NCBI GenBank assembly: GCA_951406725.2
Contig: OX597833.1
Span: 47,244,001 to 47,308,000 of the forward strand
Source: Octopus vulgaris
Lineage: Eukaryota
Direction of reading: 5' to 3'
DNA: 64,000 bases
Part shown: one piece after another, positions 37,928 through 51,355 of the stretch
Layout: each line of letters opens with the position of its first letter
How positions within the stretch are numbered: position 1 is the stretch's first letter
The notes under the pieces: generated by a model
The model's input: only the letters and a program-made list of their open reading frames with translations
What the model was told of the DNA's origin: nothing
Database searches by the model: none
Translations under genes and position numbers: made by a program

Positions 37928-39342
37928 ATACATATATATATATGCTTGCATGATGGACTCGAAGAATTACACAGGATTTGTTTATAGTGATCAAATGTTT
38001 GTGTAGACAAGCCCACTCCCTTCCTCCAGATCGACATTACCTGTATAGGTGCAATGGGTGTCACATGTCAGATGTCAAAATGATCACAGAGCAACATGAA
38101 ATGAAGTGCTTTGCTCAAGAACACAATACCCGATCTGGGAATTGAAGCCATGATCTCGCAATCATGAGTACAACACCTTAGCCACTAAGCCTTGCACCTT
38201 ATATATATATATATACACACACACTCTTGTCTAGGCATAGTGTGATGATTATAAATGAGTATCACTATAGAAACAGTGTGAATGCTTGCCAGCCGTTCAT
38301 GAAAGCATGTCTGACCATGAAGAAATACTACCTTGCTTGGAAATGAGAGTGAGGTCTGGCAGTGGGAAGGGCATTTGGCCATAGAAAATATTTCTCAAAG
38401 AATGGATGCCATCTGATTCATGCATTCATGGAAAAGTAAACTTTAAAGCAAAGATACATATATACATACAAATATATATACACACACACAATGCAGTCTT
38501 CTCACTTGTACTCTGTATCTGATGCCTCTTATGACCTGTGTTTCTGTCTGTACTCTGTCATTCATGCACATTTGTATGTATGTATATGTGTGTACACACA
38601 CACACACACACATATATATGTATATATACATATATACTTATCTATGTGTGTGTATGCACTCATATATGTGGAGTATCGATGTGAAGCCTTGTGGGTAGGG
38701 TGGGCTTGCAATCATTGGGTCATGGATTTGATTTTTGTGTCCTCAAGCAGGGCCTTTCACGTTGCTCCAGTTTACCCAGCTAAAGTGAGAACACCCAGGT
38801 ACTTGTGTGGCTATCTCAGTCCCTCTCACTGATTTGATGTTCTAGTAGGTCAGATGTGGCAGCTTGTGGTTGCATGGTTAGTTGAAGCAACTCATGAAGG
38901 TATGGTACCATCATCATCATCGTTCAATGTCTGCCTTCCATGCTGGCATGGTTTGGACGGTTTGACAGAAGTTGGCCAACCTAAAGACTGCACCGGACTT
39001 CAGTGTCTGTTTTGGCACAGTTTTTGTGGCTAGATGCCTTTCCTAAAACAAACAACCCAGCAAAGTGGACTGTGACATTCTTAATTCTGAGTGAAAGCCA
39101 TAATTTTTAATTCCTTCTCTGCATGGAACCTTGTGAAAGTGTCCCATGCTGACCAAGGCCTTGTGAGTGGATTTGGTTGGTTAAGACTCAAAGAGACTTG
39201 TCATGTGTGTAGGTGTGTGTTTCTTTGTCCTGACTTTGCATAGCAGTAGTAAATGCTTATCACTGTCATACAATCCTTTGTCCTTTGTTTCCAATCCTCT
39301 ACTGGAACATGTCTGACCAAGATGACGTAACTGAAAAGAAGC

Positions 39343-39382
<40 letters not shown>

Positions 39383-39792
39383 CATGTGTGACCCCTGTAC
39401 TGACAACAAATGATGGTTGTAAATGAACATTGCCATAATATAAGTGATGTTGTTCGTTTTCAGTCTTCCACGAAAAATATGAAATATTATCTTGCTTGGA
39501 AACAGGTGAGGGTTAGTGACAGGAAAGTCATCCTGCTACAAAAAACCTACAGCAAATTCTATCTGATCCATGAAGGTGGCACATTTTGACTTTGGGCAAG
39601 TCACTTCATTTCTTGCACCAGTTTTCTTGGATGTCACTGAGTGCCATCCTAATGTTGGTGCAGTTTTTGCTCTTTCTAGCTATGACTTCCTCTATGTTTT
39701 ACTTGGTCAAGTGTATGAGAGCCAATAACATGTTTTTGTCTGCTTATGGCTACAAGGTATCAAGTTATACATGCTTATGAGTAATATATATG

Positions 39793-40432
39793 TTTCGAAC
39801 TTTAGGTCTCACTGAGGAAATGACTAGAGACCGAGACCTCTGGAAGTGTGCTGTGCGCGAGAAGACCCGGCAGGACAAGTGAGTCCATAACCCGTGGCCT
39901 TCTACATGGGATGGAGCCAGCCTACATATGCATACCTTCCCTTCTTGGGACACAACTCTACTTGTGAAGACCTGTTGAGGCAAGTGAGGATCAGAATCAA
40001 AATCGATCAATGGAAATTGCAGATGTGTTACCAGTGCCGGTGGCATGTAAGAGAACCATCCGTTTCGCGACCGTTGCCAGCGCCGCCCCGACTGGTCTCG
40101 TGCCGGTGGCACGTAAAAAGCACCATCCGTTCGTGTCCGTTGCCAGCCTCGCCTGGCCCCGTGCCGGTGGCACATAAAAAGCACCATCTGTTCGTGGCCG
40201 TTTGCCAGCTCTGTCTGGCACCTGTGCGGGTGGCACGTAAAACGCACCCACTACACTCACGGAGTGGTTGGCGTTAGGAAGGGCATCCAGCTGTAGAAAC
40301 TCTGCCAGATCTGACTGGGCCTGATGAAGCCTTCTGGCTTCACAGACCCCAGTTGAACCGTCCAACTGGAAAACGGACACTAAACGATGATGATGGAAAC
40401 GGACACTGAACGATGATGATGATGATGATGAT
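39793..40432 (+). mobile_element. RTE LINE 3' end: ORF C-terminus plus complete 3' UTR
   Basis: RTLGLTEEMTRDRDLWKCAVREKTRQDK* (RTE-type DR..W end), then the repeat-containing UTR and (GAT)n. Confidence 0.85.
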
Positions 40433-40728
40433 ATATACATGTTACCATCGTTTAACATCTAATGCTCAGTGCTAGCATGAGTGTGTGAAAATATATCATT
40501 GTCTAACATTCCTTTTTCCATACTGAGATGGTTTGGCAGGTACTGATAAACCAGAAGACTGCTGAGCTCCAGTATGTGCTTTGACATGGTTTCTACAGCT
40601 GGATGCCCTTCCTAATGCCAACCACATTACAAAGTGTACTGGGAGCTTTTTTCATGGCACTAATGAGATCACCAAGTATACTGATACAAATATATTTCTA
40701 TATATTTATATGAATATGTATATATATA

Positions 40729-40897
40729 GGTGCAGGAGTGGCTGTGTGGTAAGTAGCTTGCTTACCAACCACGTGGTTCCGGATTCAGTCCCACTGCATG
40801 GCACCTTGGGCAAGTGTCTTGTTCTATAGCCTTGGGCCATCCAAAGCCTTGTGAGTGGATTTGGTAGACGGAAACTGAAAGAAGCCCATCGTATGTG

Positions 40898-40932
<35 letters not shown>

Positions 40933-41740
40933 CTGCTTGTCCTCCCAACATCGCTTGACAACCGATGCTGGTGTTTTTACATCCCCGTAACGTAGCTGTT
41001 CAGCAAAAGAGACCGATAGAATAAATACTAGGCTTACAAAAAATAAGTCCTGGGGTCGACTTGCTCGACTAAAGGCAGTACTGCAGCATGGCTGCAGTCA
41101 AATGACTGAAGCAAGTAAAAGAATATATATATATGTATATATGTATGTATATGATGGAATCTCCTGTCAAAGATGATATATGAGTGTTTGGTTTTTGCAG
41201 AACAATCTGCACGCAATTTGTTTATAGTGATCAAATGTTTTACACATTAGCTCACTCCTTCTATCAAATCAACATTGCCTGTATTGGTGCACAGGCATGC
41301 CACATCAGATCTGTCTGTGTTTGTCTATTCTTTTCCTTGTTTCTGTCATTTGACTGCGGCCATGCTGGAGCATTGCCTTGAAGGGTTTTAGTCAAGCAAA
41401 TTGACCTCAGGATTTTTTTTTTTAAAACCTAGTACTTATTTTATCAGTTTTTTTTTTTTTTTTACTGAACTGTTAGGTTATGGAGATGTAAACACACTGA
41501 CATCGGTTGTCAAGCAGTGACGGAGGGACAAACGCAGACACAAAGACACACACACATAGATGTATACATACATACACAACAGGCTTCTTTCAGTTTCCAT
41601 TTACCAAGTCCACTCACAAGGCTTTGATTGGCCCAAGGTTATAGTAGAAAACACTTGCCCAAGGTGTCACATGGTGGGACTGAACCTGGAACTATGTGGT
41701 TGGGAAGCAAGCTTCTTACCACACAGCCATGCCTGTGCCT
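40729..41740. mobile_element. Two SINE B copies in opposite orientation (40729-41122 plus; 41338-41740 minus)
   Basis: Both match family B. Confidence 0.85.
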
Positions 41741-42380
41741 ATATATATATATATATATTCATTCTTGTGTGTGTTTATATATGGGTAATATATGTAATAT
41801 AACTGTATGGCTCAGTGATTTAATAGGCCACTTCTCAATTATGTGACCCCCAGGTTCAGTGTTACTTAGTCACCTTGGGCAAGTACCTGTAACCTTAGCT
41901 TTGGAAAAAGAGGACTTAAGTAGAATTGATAAAAGCCAGTCCCTAGATATTGAACTTCACAAAGGTGATGACAGCAGAATGCAGCAAATAATTTAGTTTC
42001 CATGGCAGGAATTTTTCCTCTCTTACAATCTCTGTACAAGAACCAGGTCATTAGTATTTTGGTATGACTGAGTGATTAAGCAGTTTACTTCCCAACCACA
42101 TGGTTCAGTGTTACCTGCATGGCACCTCGGCCAGGTGTCTTCTACTTTAGCTCCACACTGGCCAAAGTCCTTTGAGTGGATTTGTTAGACAGAAACTGAA
42201 AGAGGTCTTTTGTGTCATCAGATTGGAACCTGGTGCAGTTCTTGTGCTTACCAGCTCCTGTTAGCATGGAAAATGGACATTAAAGGATGATGATGATAAT
42301 GATGTGTGTATATACATATACATCCTACTTAATATGAATGTACTGTAAGAATGCCATAATTCTGTAATAATTACCTTGAG

Positions 42381-42715
42381 TGAAGGTGCATGGCTCAGTG
42401 GTTAGAGCGTCGAGCTTATGATCATGAGGTTGTGAGTTCGAATCCTGGACCAGGCTGTGTGTTGTGTTCTTGAGCAAGACACTTTATTTCACGTTACTCC
42501 GGTTCACTCAGCTGTAGAAATGAGTTGCGACGTCACAGGTGCCAAGCTGTATCGGCCTTTGCCTTCCCCTTGGATAACACTGGTGGTGTGGAGAGGGGAG
42601 GCCGGTAAGCATGGGCAACTGCTGGTCTTCCATAAACAACCTTGCCCAGACTTGTACCTGGGAGGGTAACTTTCTAGGTGCAATCCCACGGTCACTCATG
42701 ACCGAAGGGGGTCTC
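42381..42715 (+). mobile_element. SINE D
   Basis: TGGCTCAGTGG A-box, GAGTTCGAATCC B-box; TSD AATTACCTTGAG. Confidence 0.9.
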
Positions 42716-43417
42716 AATTACCTTGAGAAATCATTATGTATAGACTTATAGTGCTAAAAACAGAAATATCAATAGCAGATAAAAAAATGATCGATGCTTG
42801 TGGCAGAGCTGTCAGATCATGATTTCTGCATGTTTGCTTGTCATCAGCAGCAGGTATCCACTTTCACTGAATGCTGGTTAAATTTTTACTTCTGCTGATA
42901 TAGAAAAGCAATGACTACTTAGGGAAAGCATGTCTGGAGAAGAAATGCCTGACATCAAAAAAAGTACAAAAGAAGATGGAAGAAAGTAGCCCAAATGTTG
43001 GGTATGTAAGTTCCTGATTAAGCGGCGTAAAAAAATGGGACAAAGCAAACAGTTCAACGTAGGAATGTGGTTGGTGGGGTCAAACCCATTTCGCGTCCAT
43101 CTTTTCATGTTCATCCGAAATTATAATGTATATATTTATATATGCAATATCATTCGATAAGTCCCCGACCCCATTTGTCCCGTGTATTGTGCCCTCTTTG
43201 TTTAGCCCTTGTGATTTGAATAAAATCATTGTTGCAAGGAACTGATGGGCTGGGTGAAAATGAGTTATCAGCCTTAAGTTATTTGGTGCTAATACTGCTT
43301 CTGTCACTAATAACTAATATATATGAATGTATGTTTGAGTGATTGTGTCTCTTTGTCTTGACATCAAATGTTTGTTGTAAATAAATGTTGTTCATTTCCG
43401 ATGTTCTACGAAAACAA

Positions 43418-43650
43418 GGTGGCAAGCTGGCAGAATCATTAGCACGCCGGGCGAAACGCTTAGCGGTATTTCGTCTGCTGCTACGTTCTGAGTTCAAATT
43501 CCACCGAGGTCGACTTTGCCTTTCATCCTTTCGGGGGTTGATAAATTAAGTACCAGTTATGCACTGGGGTCGATGTAATCAACTTAATCTCTTTGTCTGT
43601 CTTTGTTTGTCCCCTCTGTGTTTAGCCCCTTGTGGGCAATAAAGAAATAA
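43418..43650 (+). mobile_element. SINE A
   Basis: Family A match, followed by an older related fragment. Confidence 0.85.
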
Positions 43651-44080
43651 GAATCATTAGCACAGTCTTTATATTCTGAGTTCAAATTCCGCTGAGGCCA
43701 ACTTTGCCTATCATACTTTCAGGATCGATAAAATAAGTACCAGTTGAGCACTGGAGTCAATATAATTGACTTCCCCCCACCCACACACCTCCCCTGAAAT
43801 TGCTGGCCTTGTGCTGAAACCAATATTCTATGGAAACAAATGGACATGGGGGAAATATTTCCTTGCTTCAGTTTTTTGAATTTCTTTAATCTGTAACAGA
43901 TTCTTCATCTATAAGAAATAGGTCATCGGCATATAGGAGTTTCCAGCTGGTTTTAAACTCCTGCGTTTATTAATGCATATATGTGCATATAAATGTACTG
44001 CATGGCTTTCTTAATTCATTTAAGTTGCATAAACACAACTCCTAATATGCTTCAATTGATAAATTTATTTTAAAAGCATA

Positions 44081-44521
44081 CAGGTTGGCCCAAAAGTAGG
44101 TTTACAGTTATCACGTAGGCACTTTAAATTTCTTTTAAAACATTTTGTTACATTTAAATTTCTGTCTTACAAACTGAAAAGGGAGCTTGACAAAATTAAC
44201 TAAATTAGCATAGAATAATGGTTTCATATTTTTTTTATAATTAAAATCTAAATTGTTAATACACGAATGCGAAAGAGGTAGTTGAATAACTGTAAACGAG
44301 CTGGTAGAATCGTTAGCATGCTGGACGAAATGCTTAGCAGTATTTCGCCTGCGGTTACGTTCTGAGTTCAAATTCCGCCGAGGTCAACTTTGCCTTTCAT
44401 CCTTTCGGGGTCGATTAAATAAGTACCAGTTACGCACTGGGGCCGATATAATCGACTTAATCTGTGTGTAGCCCCTTGTGGGTAGTAAAGAAATAGTAAA
44501 CCTACTTTTGGGGCCACCCTG
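44081..44521. mobile_element. Tc1/mariner-type MITE with a SINE A inserted in its right TIR
   Basis: TA|CAGGTTGGCCCAAAAGTAGGTTTAC...GTAAACCTACTTTTGGGGCCACCCTG|TA; SINE at 44297-44495 with TSD GTAAAC. Confidence 0.88.
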
Positions 44522-45682
44522 TACATTTGTTCAGCTTGACAAAGAGCATGAAGATGTAGAAAGAGTTGATGAAAAACAAGACTACTGCTACCATTTTACG
44601 TCAGAAGCGTTTGAAGTTTTAGTATGATTATTGCTTTACATAATTGTGTTGCTTATCCCATTGGTCTTTTTAGCCGGACTGCTTAGTTAGAGAGACATAA
44701 ACAAACCAACACTAGTTGTCAAGTGGTGGTAGGGAACAAACACAAAGACATACATATTATATGACAGGCTTCCACACAGTTTCCTTCTACCACATTCACT
44801 CACAAGGCATTGATCAGCCTGAGGACCACAGTAGAGGATACTCATAGTTCCAAACGGTGGGACTGAACCTGAAACTGTAGTTGCAAAGCAAGCTTCTTAA
44901 TCATTCAGCCATGCTGGAGCGCTATCTTAAAAGGTTTTTTTTAGTTGAAGAAATCAACCCCAGGACTTATTCTTTGTAAGCCTAGTACTAATTCTATTGG
45001 TCTCTTTTGCCAAACTGCTAGGTTATGGGGATGTAAACATAGCAACATAAGTTGTCAAGCGATGGTGGGAGGACAATCATAGACACAAAGGCACACATGC
45101 ATAAATATATATACACACTATATACACATGACAGGCTTCTTTCAGTTTCTGCCTACCAAATCCACTCACAAGGCTTTGGTTGACCCAAGGCTATAGTAAA
45201 AAATACATTTGCCCAAGGTACCATGCAGTGGGACTGAACCTGGAACCATGTTGTTGGGAAGCAAAATTCTTACCACACAGCTATATCTGTGCCTACGCCC
45301 ATAATTTTTTTTTTTTCCTACCATGTTTTACTTTATGTTTCCTGCTGAAATATCAGCTCTGAGCATCACCCTCATCAGTAGTTTATGTTTAGTGTTCCTT
45401 ATATGGGTTGGAAATTTTTTTTTTTTTTTTCCACCCCGGGTCACTGTTTTAAGACTGCATGCCCTTTTAGTTGGCTGTTATGATGTGCGGGGATGCAGTG
45501 TATCTATTCTAAAACAGATTCTCACAGTAAGCTGTGAGCTATACACTAAAGTTTATGGAAAGTGAATGGTATGTAGTGTAAAGACTATTGGTCTGCTTTA
45601 CTTCATTTACCCGGTTTAGAAATTATTTTTTATATAATCCATTCATTTCATTTTAACTCTCTCTCTCTCTCTCTGTATATAA

Positions 45683-45715
<33 letters not shown>

Positions 45716-45985
45716 GAGGCGCAATGGCCTAGTGGTTAGGGTAGCAGACTTGTGGTCGTAGGATCACGGTTTCAATTCCCAGACCGGGCGTTGTGCGTGT
45801 TTATCGAGCAAAAACACGTAAAGTTCCACGAGGCTCTTTCGCCACAACTTTCTCTCATTCTTTCTTCTGTTGGCCTGCTCGCTTAGCCAGCGGGGTGGCG
45901 TTATTTGAAGGCTAAAACAATGCAAAGCGCATTGTCACCAGTGATGTATAGCAACATCTGATAGCCTGGTCGGTCACATGATCAT

Positions 45986-46025
<40 letters not shown>

Positions 46026-46189
46026 TTGATAAACATTAGTGTTTACAAATGGAGAAAAAAAGTACTCAACACATAGTTGTTTGAATAATTGAATACTTGG
46101 CAAAGAAGCTTCAGTTCCTAATATATATATATATACAGACAACTGTAGAAGTACTATGTTAGATGCAAGCCACTGTACCTTGCAGTTGC

Positions 46190-47215
46190 TGCTATGCAGA
46201 TCTTTGATAGGGTCACTTCCTCTGTGATTTGGCAGTTTCTGAATATGCTAAGGGTAGATGAATGGCTTATGAAGTCTGTACAAGCCATGTACAAAACGGC
46301 AATCAGCAGTGATTACAGTGGTGAATTTAGTGTGCAGGTAAGGTCCACCAGTGTTCAGTTCTCAGTCCCCATCTATTTATCATAATCCTCCCGGCCAAAA
46401 GAAAGATGGGAACTGTTATATATGGCTGACCTAATCCTTGTAGCTGAATCTGCAGTGACCTCAAGGTAAGCTTAGGGGGCCAGTCAGGCATTGCCAGTAC
46501 CGCCTGACTGGACCCCGTGCCGGTGGCACGTACAAAGCACCCACTACACTCTCGGAGTGGTTGGCGTTAGGAAGGGCATCCAGCTGTAGAAACTCTGCCA
46601 GATCAAGATTGGAGCCTGGTGCAGCCATCTGCCTCGCCGGCCCTCAGTCAAAATCGTCCAACCCATGCTAGCATGGAAAGTGGACGCTAAACGATGATGA
46701 TCAGAGAAAAAGAATAGGTAGTAACCCCATATGTTCTATTCAGTGTAAACTATGGATGCACAAATGGTGTAGTGGAATCACAAACAGGCCGATGGAGAAG
46801 GCAGGCACCGGCAGAAGCACCGGGGAAAATAAACACTAGAGCACACAGGAAATAGATTCTCTCAAGTGCTTGGAAGGCTCGCAAGAAACAGTTGATAGCT
46901 TCTGTTATCTAAGTGGCCTAATTAGCAGTGAAGTTGGCTTCTATAAAAGTATAGTAGCCAGAGTAAGAATGGGTTGGTGGACGGTCAGGGAGCTATTATC
47001 TTCGCTGGTAACAAAGGATTTCTTTTTGAGAGTAAAACACAGATTGTATTATGCTTGTGTGTGAAAGGCAATGCTGTATGGTAGAAAGACATGGGTCTTA
47101 AATGCAGAGGACTTGTGAAGAGTGAAAAAAAACAAAAACTGATGCAAACGAGTTCCACTGGATGTGTTATATTAGTATTCATGAATAATAGAGTACAGAT
47201 GAACTGAGAGAAATT
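46190..47215 (+). pseudogene. Decayed RTE reverse-transcriptase fragment
   Basis: FDRV...DEWLMKSVQAMY, WELLYMADLIL, VDSFCYLSGLISS...ARVRMGW...MLYGRKTW; interrupted by a family E copy at about 46478-46700. Confidence 0.85.
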
Positions 47216-47539
47216 TATCTTTATATTTTGATTTGTTGTATTTTCTGTGTACAGTAGACACAGGCATGGTTGTATGGTTAAGAAGTTCACTTGCCAAATA
47301 CATGGTTTCACATTCAATCCCATTGTATATTGATAAAGAATACTTCTTGTATGACAATGAAGCTCATTTTCAATTATCGCATACAAATACACATGAGCAC
47401 ACACACACACATGCATGCATGCATGAGCACACATATAACAGATTTTGTTTACCAAATCCTTTCGCAAAACTTTGGTTGAGAAGCTAACTTCTTCACCACA
47501 CAACTGTACCTATGATTCTTATATATATATATATATGTG

Positions 47540-47728
47540 ACCATGTGTGTACCGTTGGCGATTTTTTTTCCTCTGTCTTCCCTTCTCTGGATCTTTCCTT
47601 CTCCTATGTTTCCGATGAAGAGCTCCGCTCGAAACGTTAAACCCTCCTTCTTCCCTTCCTTCCTGAGCATCCAATAATACTATATTTGTTGCGTTTTCTC
47701 TTTGTGTTTTCATGTTTGGATTAACTTT
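47540..47728 (+). mobile_element. Second Penelope-like terminal-repeat family with a minimal hammerhead-like motif (47608-47642)
   Basis: GTTT-CCGATGA-A-GAGC-TCC-GCTC-GAAA-CG-TT-AAAC; inserted in a TA tract. Confidence 0.65.
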
Positions 47729-48163
47729 ATGTATATATATATATATATTTATATATGTGTGTGTCCTGAGTATGATATTAATCTGCATCTAGGTATGAAA
47801 CTCCCTTTCAGGAGTTCTGGAGAGTATGGAGTCAATTATTATTATTCCCAGGTCCATTCTGACCCAGAATGATAATACCTGACAGGGTTCTATCTATATC
47901 TATGAGTTAAATAGATTACTCAAGGGTAGGGGAGGCTCCCATAATTTTGACAAAGCTGTGGGGAAAGTAACTGTTCTAGAAGAAGAATACTCTGGCATAG
48001 AACTTGCAGTCTAAATAGTACCAGTTGTCTTACAGTGCTTGTCACTGGAACATACTATGGTGGCCGAGAGTGGCAAAAATGTTGTACAAGCTTTTGTCAT
48101 TTAAATCCAGTGATGTACAAATGTCTCACTATCATTTCATCTCTTGTTCCATTTTATATTTAA

Positions 48164-48505
48164 CTAGCATTATGACCCGGCAACACCGGGTCATAGTGCT
48201 AGTGCATGCATATACAGCTGCGTGCGTGCACACATACACGCGAGTACTGTCCAACTCTCCGACCAATCACATACAGCTAGCTGGCATTCAATTGGCGTAT
48301 CAAGTTTCGGGCATTTTGATTGGGTTTTGGATAGAAAATTCACAAAAAGGTCACTTCTATTGATTTTTTAATGGCTTTGCGAGGTGACTGGGGAAATGTA
48401 AAGATGTGCGCGATCACCCTTGGACGGTTTTGAAAGACCATAGAAACTTGTGGATTTGTATAAAGGACACACACACAGACATTTTGCCGTTTATATATAT
48501 AGAGA
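48164..48505 (-). mobile_element. Non-autonomous Helitron, sister of 24164-24529
   Basis: 5' TC, 3' hairpin-CTAG, A|T target. Confidence 0.85.
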
Positions 48506-49387
48506 TAAAGTCCTATGGTGATGAATGTGTGGTGTAAAATGTCATACCTGCTCACATATAAGGATGAAAGTAAATCAGAACAATCAAGCTGAATGTGGGA
48601 TGGCTATCATCTGACAAGATGAGGCAGTCATCCAGTATGTACATATTTGTGTGTGAGTATCTCAGTATGGATGCAGGCTAAGCTGTGTGGCTTAGAAGTT
48701 CATTTTATAAGAGCATGGTTTCAGTAATGATATCTTTGCTTGGGTAAGTGCCTATAGCTTCAGAATAATCAATACCCTTGTCATTGAAATTTTATGCATG
48801 GAAACTGTACAGAAGCCTATCATCGTGTTTGTCTGTATAATGTGTGTGTGTGTTTTTGCATATCTTCAAGTTCCCATCACTTGGAGCAAAAATGACATGT
48901 TTGTGTCCTAAATAAACAAAAAAGTCCAACTGGTTTCTTTTTTTTTTTATGTGAATAACGTGTTAAGCAGAGAGCTTGATAAAATGCAAAAACAAAAAAC
49001 AGGTTTAAAACAATATTATAGTGGTTGTGGTTAAGAAGCTTGCTTGCCAACCACATGGTTTTGAGTTAGTCCCACTGTCTGGCACCTTGGGCAAGTGGCT
49101 TCTACTATAGCCCTGGGCTAACTAGTGCCTTGTGAGTGAATTTGTTATGTAGAAACTGGAAGCCCATCGCGTGTGTGTGTTTGTTCCCCACCATTTGATA
49201 ACCAGTGTTGGCTTCTTTTAAATTCCCCTTTTGCTGGACTTGGCAGTTCAGTAAAAGAGACTAATAGAGTAAATTCCAGACTTTAAAAAATTAGTACTGC
49301 CATCAGTTTGTTTGACTAAGCCTTTCAAGACTGTGCCAGTCATGGACGCTGTCCAATGACTAAAACAGGTAAAAGATACAAATCTTA

Positions 49388-50141
49388 TCTCTCTATATAT
49401 AAACGGCAGTTTGTCTGTGCGTGTTTCTGTGTGTCTGTTTTCTCGTACCCTCACCCTGACCACGGCTTTCAACCGATTCTGATGAAACTTGACACACACA
49501 TAGCCCAATGTCATAATTCAAAACTAACGCAGCGAAAATTTTGAAAAGTTCCCCCAGTTCTGAAAAAATCGATAAATTCGACATGGGGTCGAGAATCAGA
49601 AACACGAACCACAAACTGTCTAGGGGACGCAACTCCACCTTTTCTAAATCTCAAAAAAAAATTTACCATCATTTTTTTCCATTTTTTTGCTATTTTTTGG
49701 CTATAACTCTCTAAAAATGCTTTATAGTTATTTCCCTTAAAAACCTGAGCAACGCCGGGCGATACTGCTAGTCTATATATAAACGGCAGTTTGTCTGTGC
49801 GTGTTTCTGTGTGTCTGTTTGCTTGTACCCTCACCCTGACCACGGCTTTCAACCGATTCTGATGAAACTTGACACACACATAGCCCAATGTCATAATTCA
49901 AAACTAACGCAGCCAAAATTTTGAAAAGTTCCCCCAGTTCTGAAAAAAATTCAATAAATTCGACATGGGGTCGAGAATAAAAAAACAAACCACAGACTGT
50001 CTAGGGGATGCAACTCAACCTTTTTTTACTCTCAAAAAAAAATTTACCATATTTTTTTTCCATTTTTTGGCTATAACTCTCTAAAAATGCTTTATAGTTA
50101 TTTCCCTTACAAACCTGAGCAACGCCGGGCGATACTGCTAG
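49388..50141 (+). mobile_element. Head-to-tail dimer of a second non-autonomous Helitron
   Basis: Units at 49388-49771 and 49772-50141, each TC(TC)TATATATAAACGGC...CCTGAGCAACGCCGGGCGATACTGCTAG; A|T target. Confidence 0.9.
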
Positions 50142-50450
50142 TACAGCCTAAAATGAAGAATTGCTCAAAAATAAGGTCAAGCTACATTTATTGTAATAAC
50201 CGTATTCATATTCTCTTTCATCTCCAAATATGAGCATGTTTCTCATTGCCAAGTGTTTGTAAAGATTTATGAGCACATGTGGAATACTGGTGAGTCATAA
50301 GAAGATTTTTAATGTTTATATGCACACTTGTGTTAAAACTAAGCAATACATGGAAATAGTTGCAAGGTGGATAACATGAATATGTTCATTTTGTGTGTAA
50401 AGTAATTCACTGGAATTAAGTCATTACCATTCAGTTACTCTGTTTAATGT

Positions 50451-50835
50451 ATCATCATCATCATCATCTTCGTTTAGCGTCCGCTTTCCATGCTAGCATG
50501 GGTTGGACGGTTCAACTGAGGTCTGGGAAGCCAGATGGCTGCACCAGGCCCAGTCTGATCTGGCAATGTTTCTACGGCTGGATGCCCTTTCTAATGCCAA
50601 CCACTCCGTGAGTGTAGTGGGTACTTTTTACGTGTCACCAGCACAGGTGCCAGACGAGGCTGACAAACGGCCACGATCGGATGGTGCTTTTTATGTGCCA
50701 CCAGCACGGGGGCCAGGCGAGGCTGGCAACAGCCACGATCGGATGGTGCTTTTTATGTGCCACCGGCACGGAGGCCAGGCGACGCTGGCAACGGCCACGA
50801 TTGGATGGTGCTTTTTACATGCCACCGGCATGAGG
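50451..50835 (-). mobile_element. RTE 3' UTR fragment (family E)
   Basis: Four repeat units; further copies at 51672-51968 (minus), 52650-52833 (plus) and 53690-53874 (plus). Confidence 0.85.
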
Positions 50836-51090
50836 CCAATGCTTATTTATTCACATTGTTTTGAATTAACCATGCGTTATCTCATAGCTCCGAAATTTCA
50901 ATGACGTGATTGTTCAATTTTAGAATGACATTGTAGAGTTGGTGTGAGAGGCAAGATATGGAAAGTTTGAACATAAAACAGGTGCAATATTTGAGCAGAT
51001 TATTATGCCCAGTTTCAATGCTAAAGGATTTAAAGAAAAGGGATTTGGTTTGCAAGATTCTTTATATGAGTTTGTGTGTGTTGAAGCATA

Positions 51091-51355
51091 TTCTGTTGTG
51101 TCTGGGGAGAGTCATTTTCTTTTTGTGCCTTATAATGTAACACACTCACCAGTAAAATCTCCACTTATTTCTTATTTTTATTTTCCTAAAATTTCGTTGT
51201 GTCTTGCAACCTTTTCAATAAGACTATTGAAAAGGTTGCAAGACGCAACGAAAATTTTAGGAAAATAAAAATAAGAAATAAGTGGAAATTTTACCAGTGA
51301 GTGTGTTAGATTATAAGGCACAAAAAGAAAATTACTCTCCCCAGACACAACAGAA
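51091..51355. repeat. Near-perfect palindrome with ~130-bp arms and a 4-nt spacer
   Basis: Arms at 51091-51220 and 51225-51355 around AGAC. Confidence 0.92.

Noticed and set aside
42381-42460. tRNA gene calls at SINE heads
   Set aside because: A/B boxes are present but there is no intact cloverleaf; each continues into a SINE body, often with TSDs.
44535-44621. Possible plus-strand exon LDKEHEDVERVDEKQDYCYHFTSEAFEVL
   Set aside because: The frame is open but the polypyrimidine tract is poor (a MITE lies 13 bp upstream), the donor is weak and no homology is recognised.
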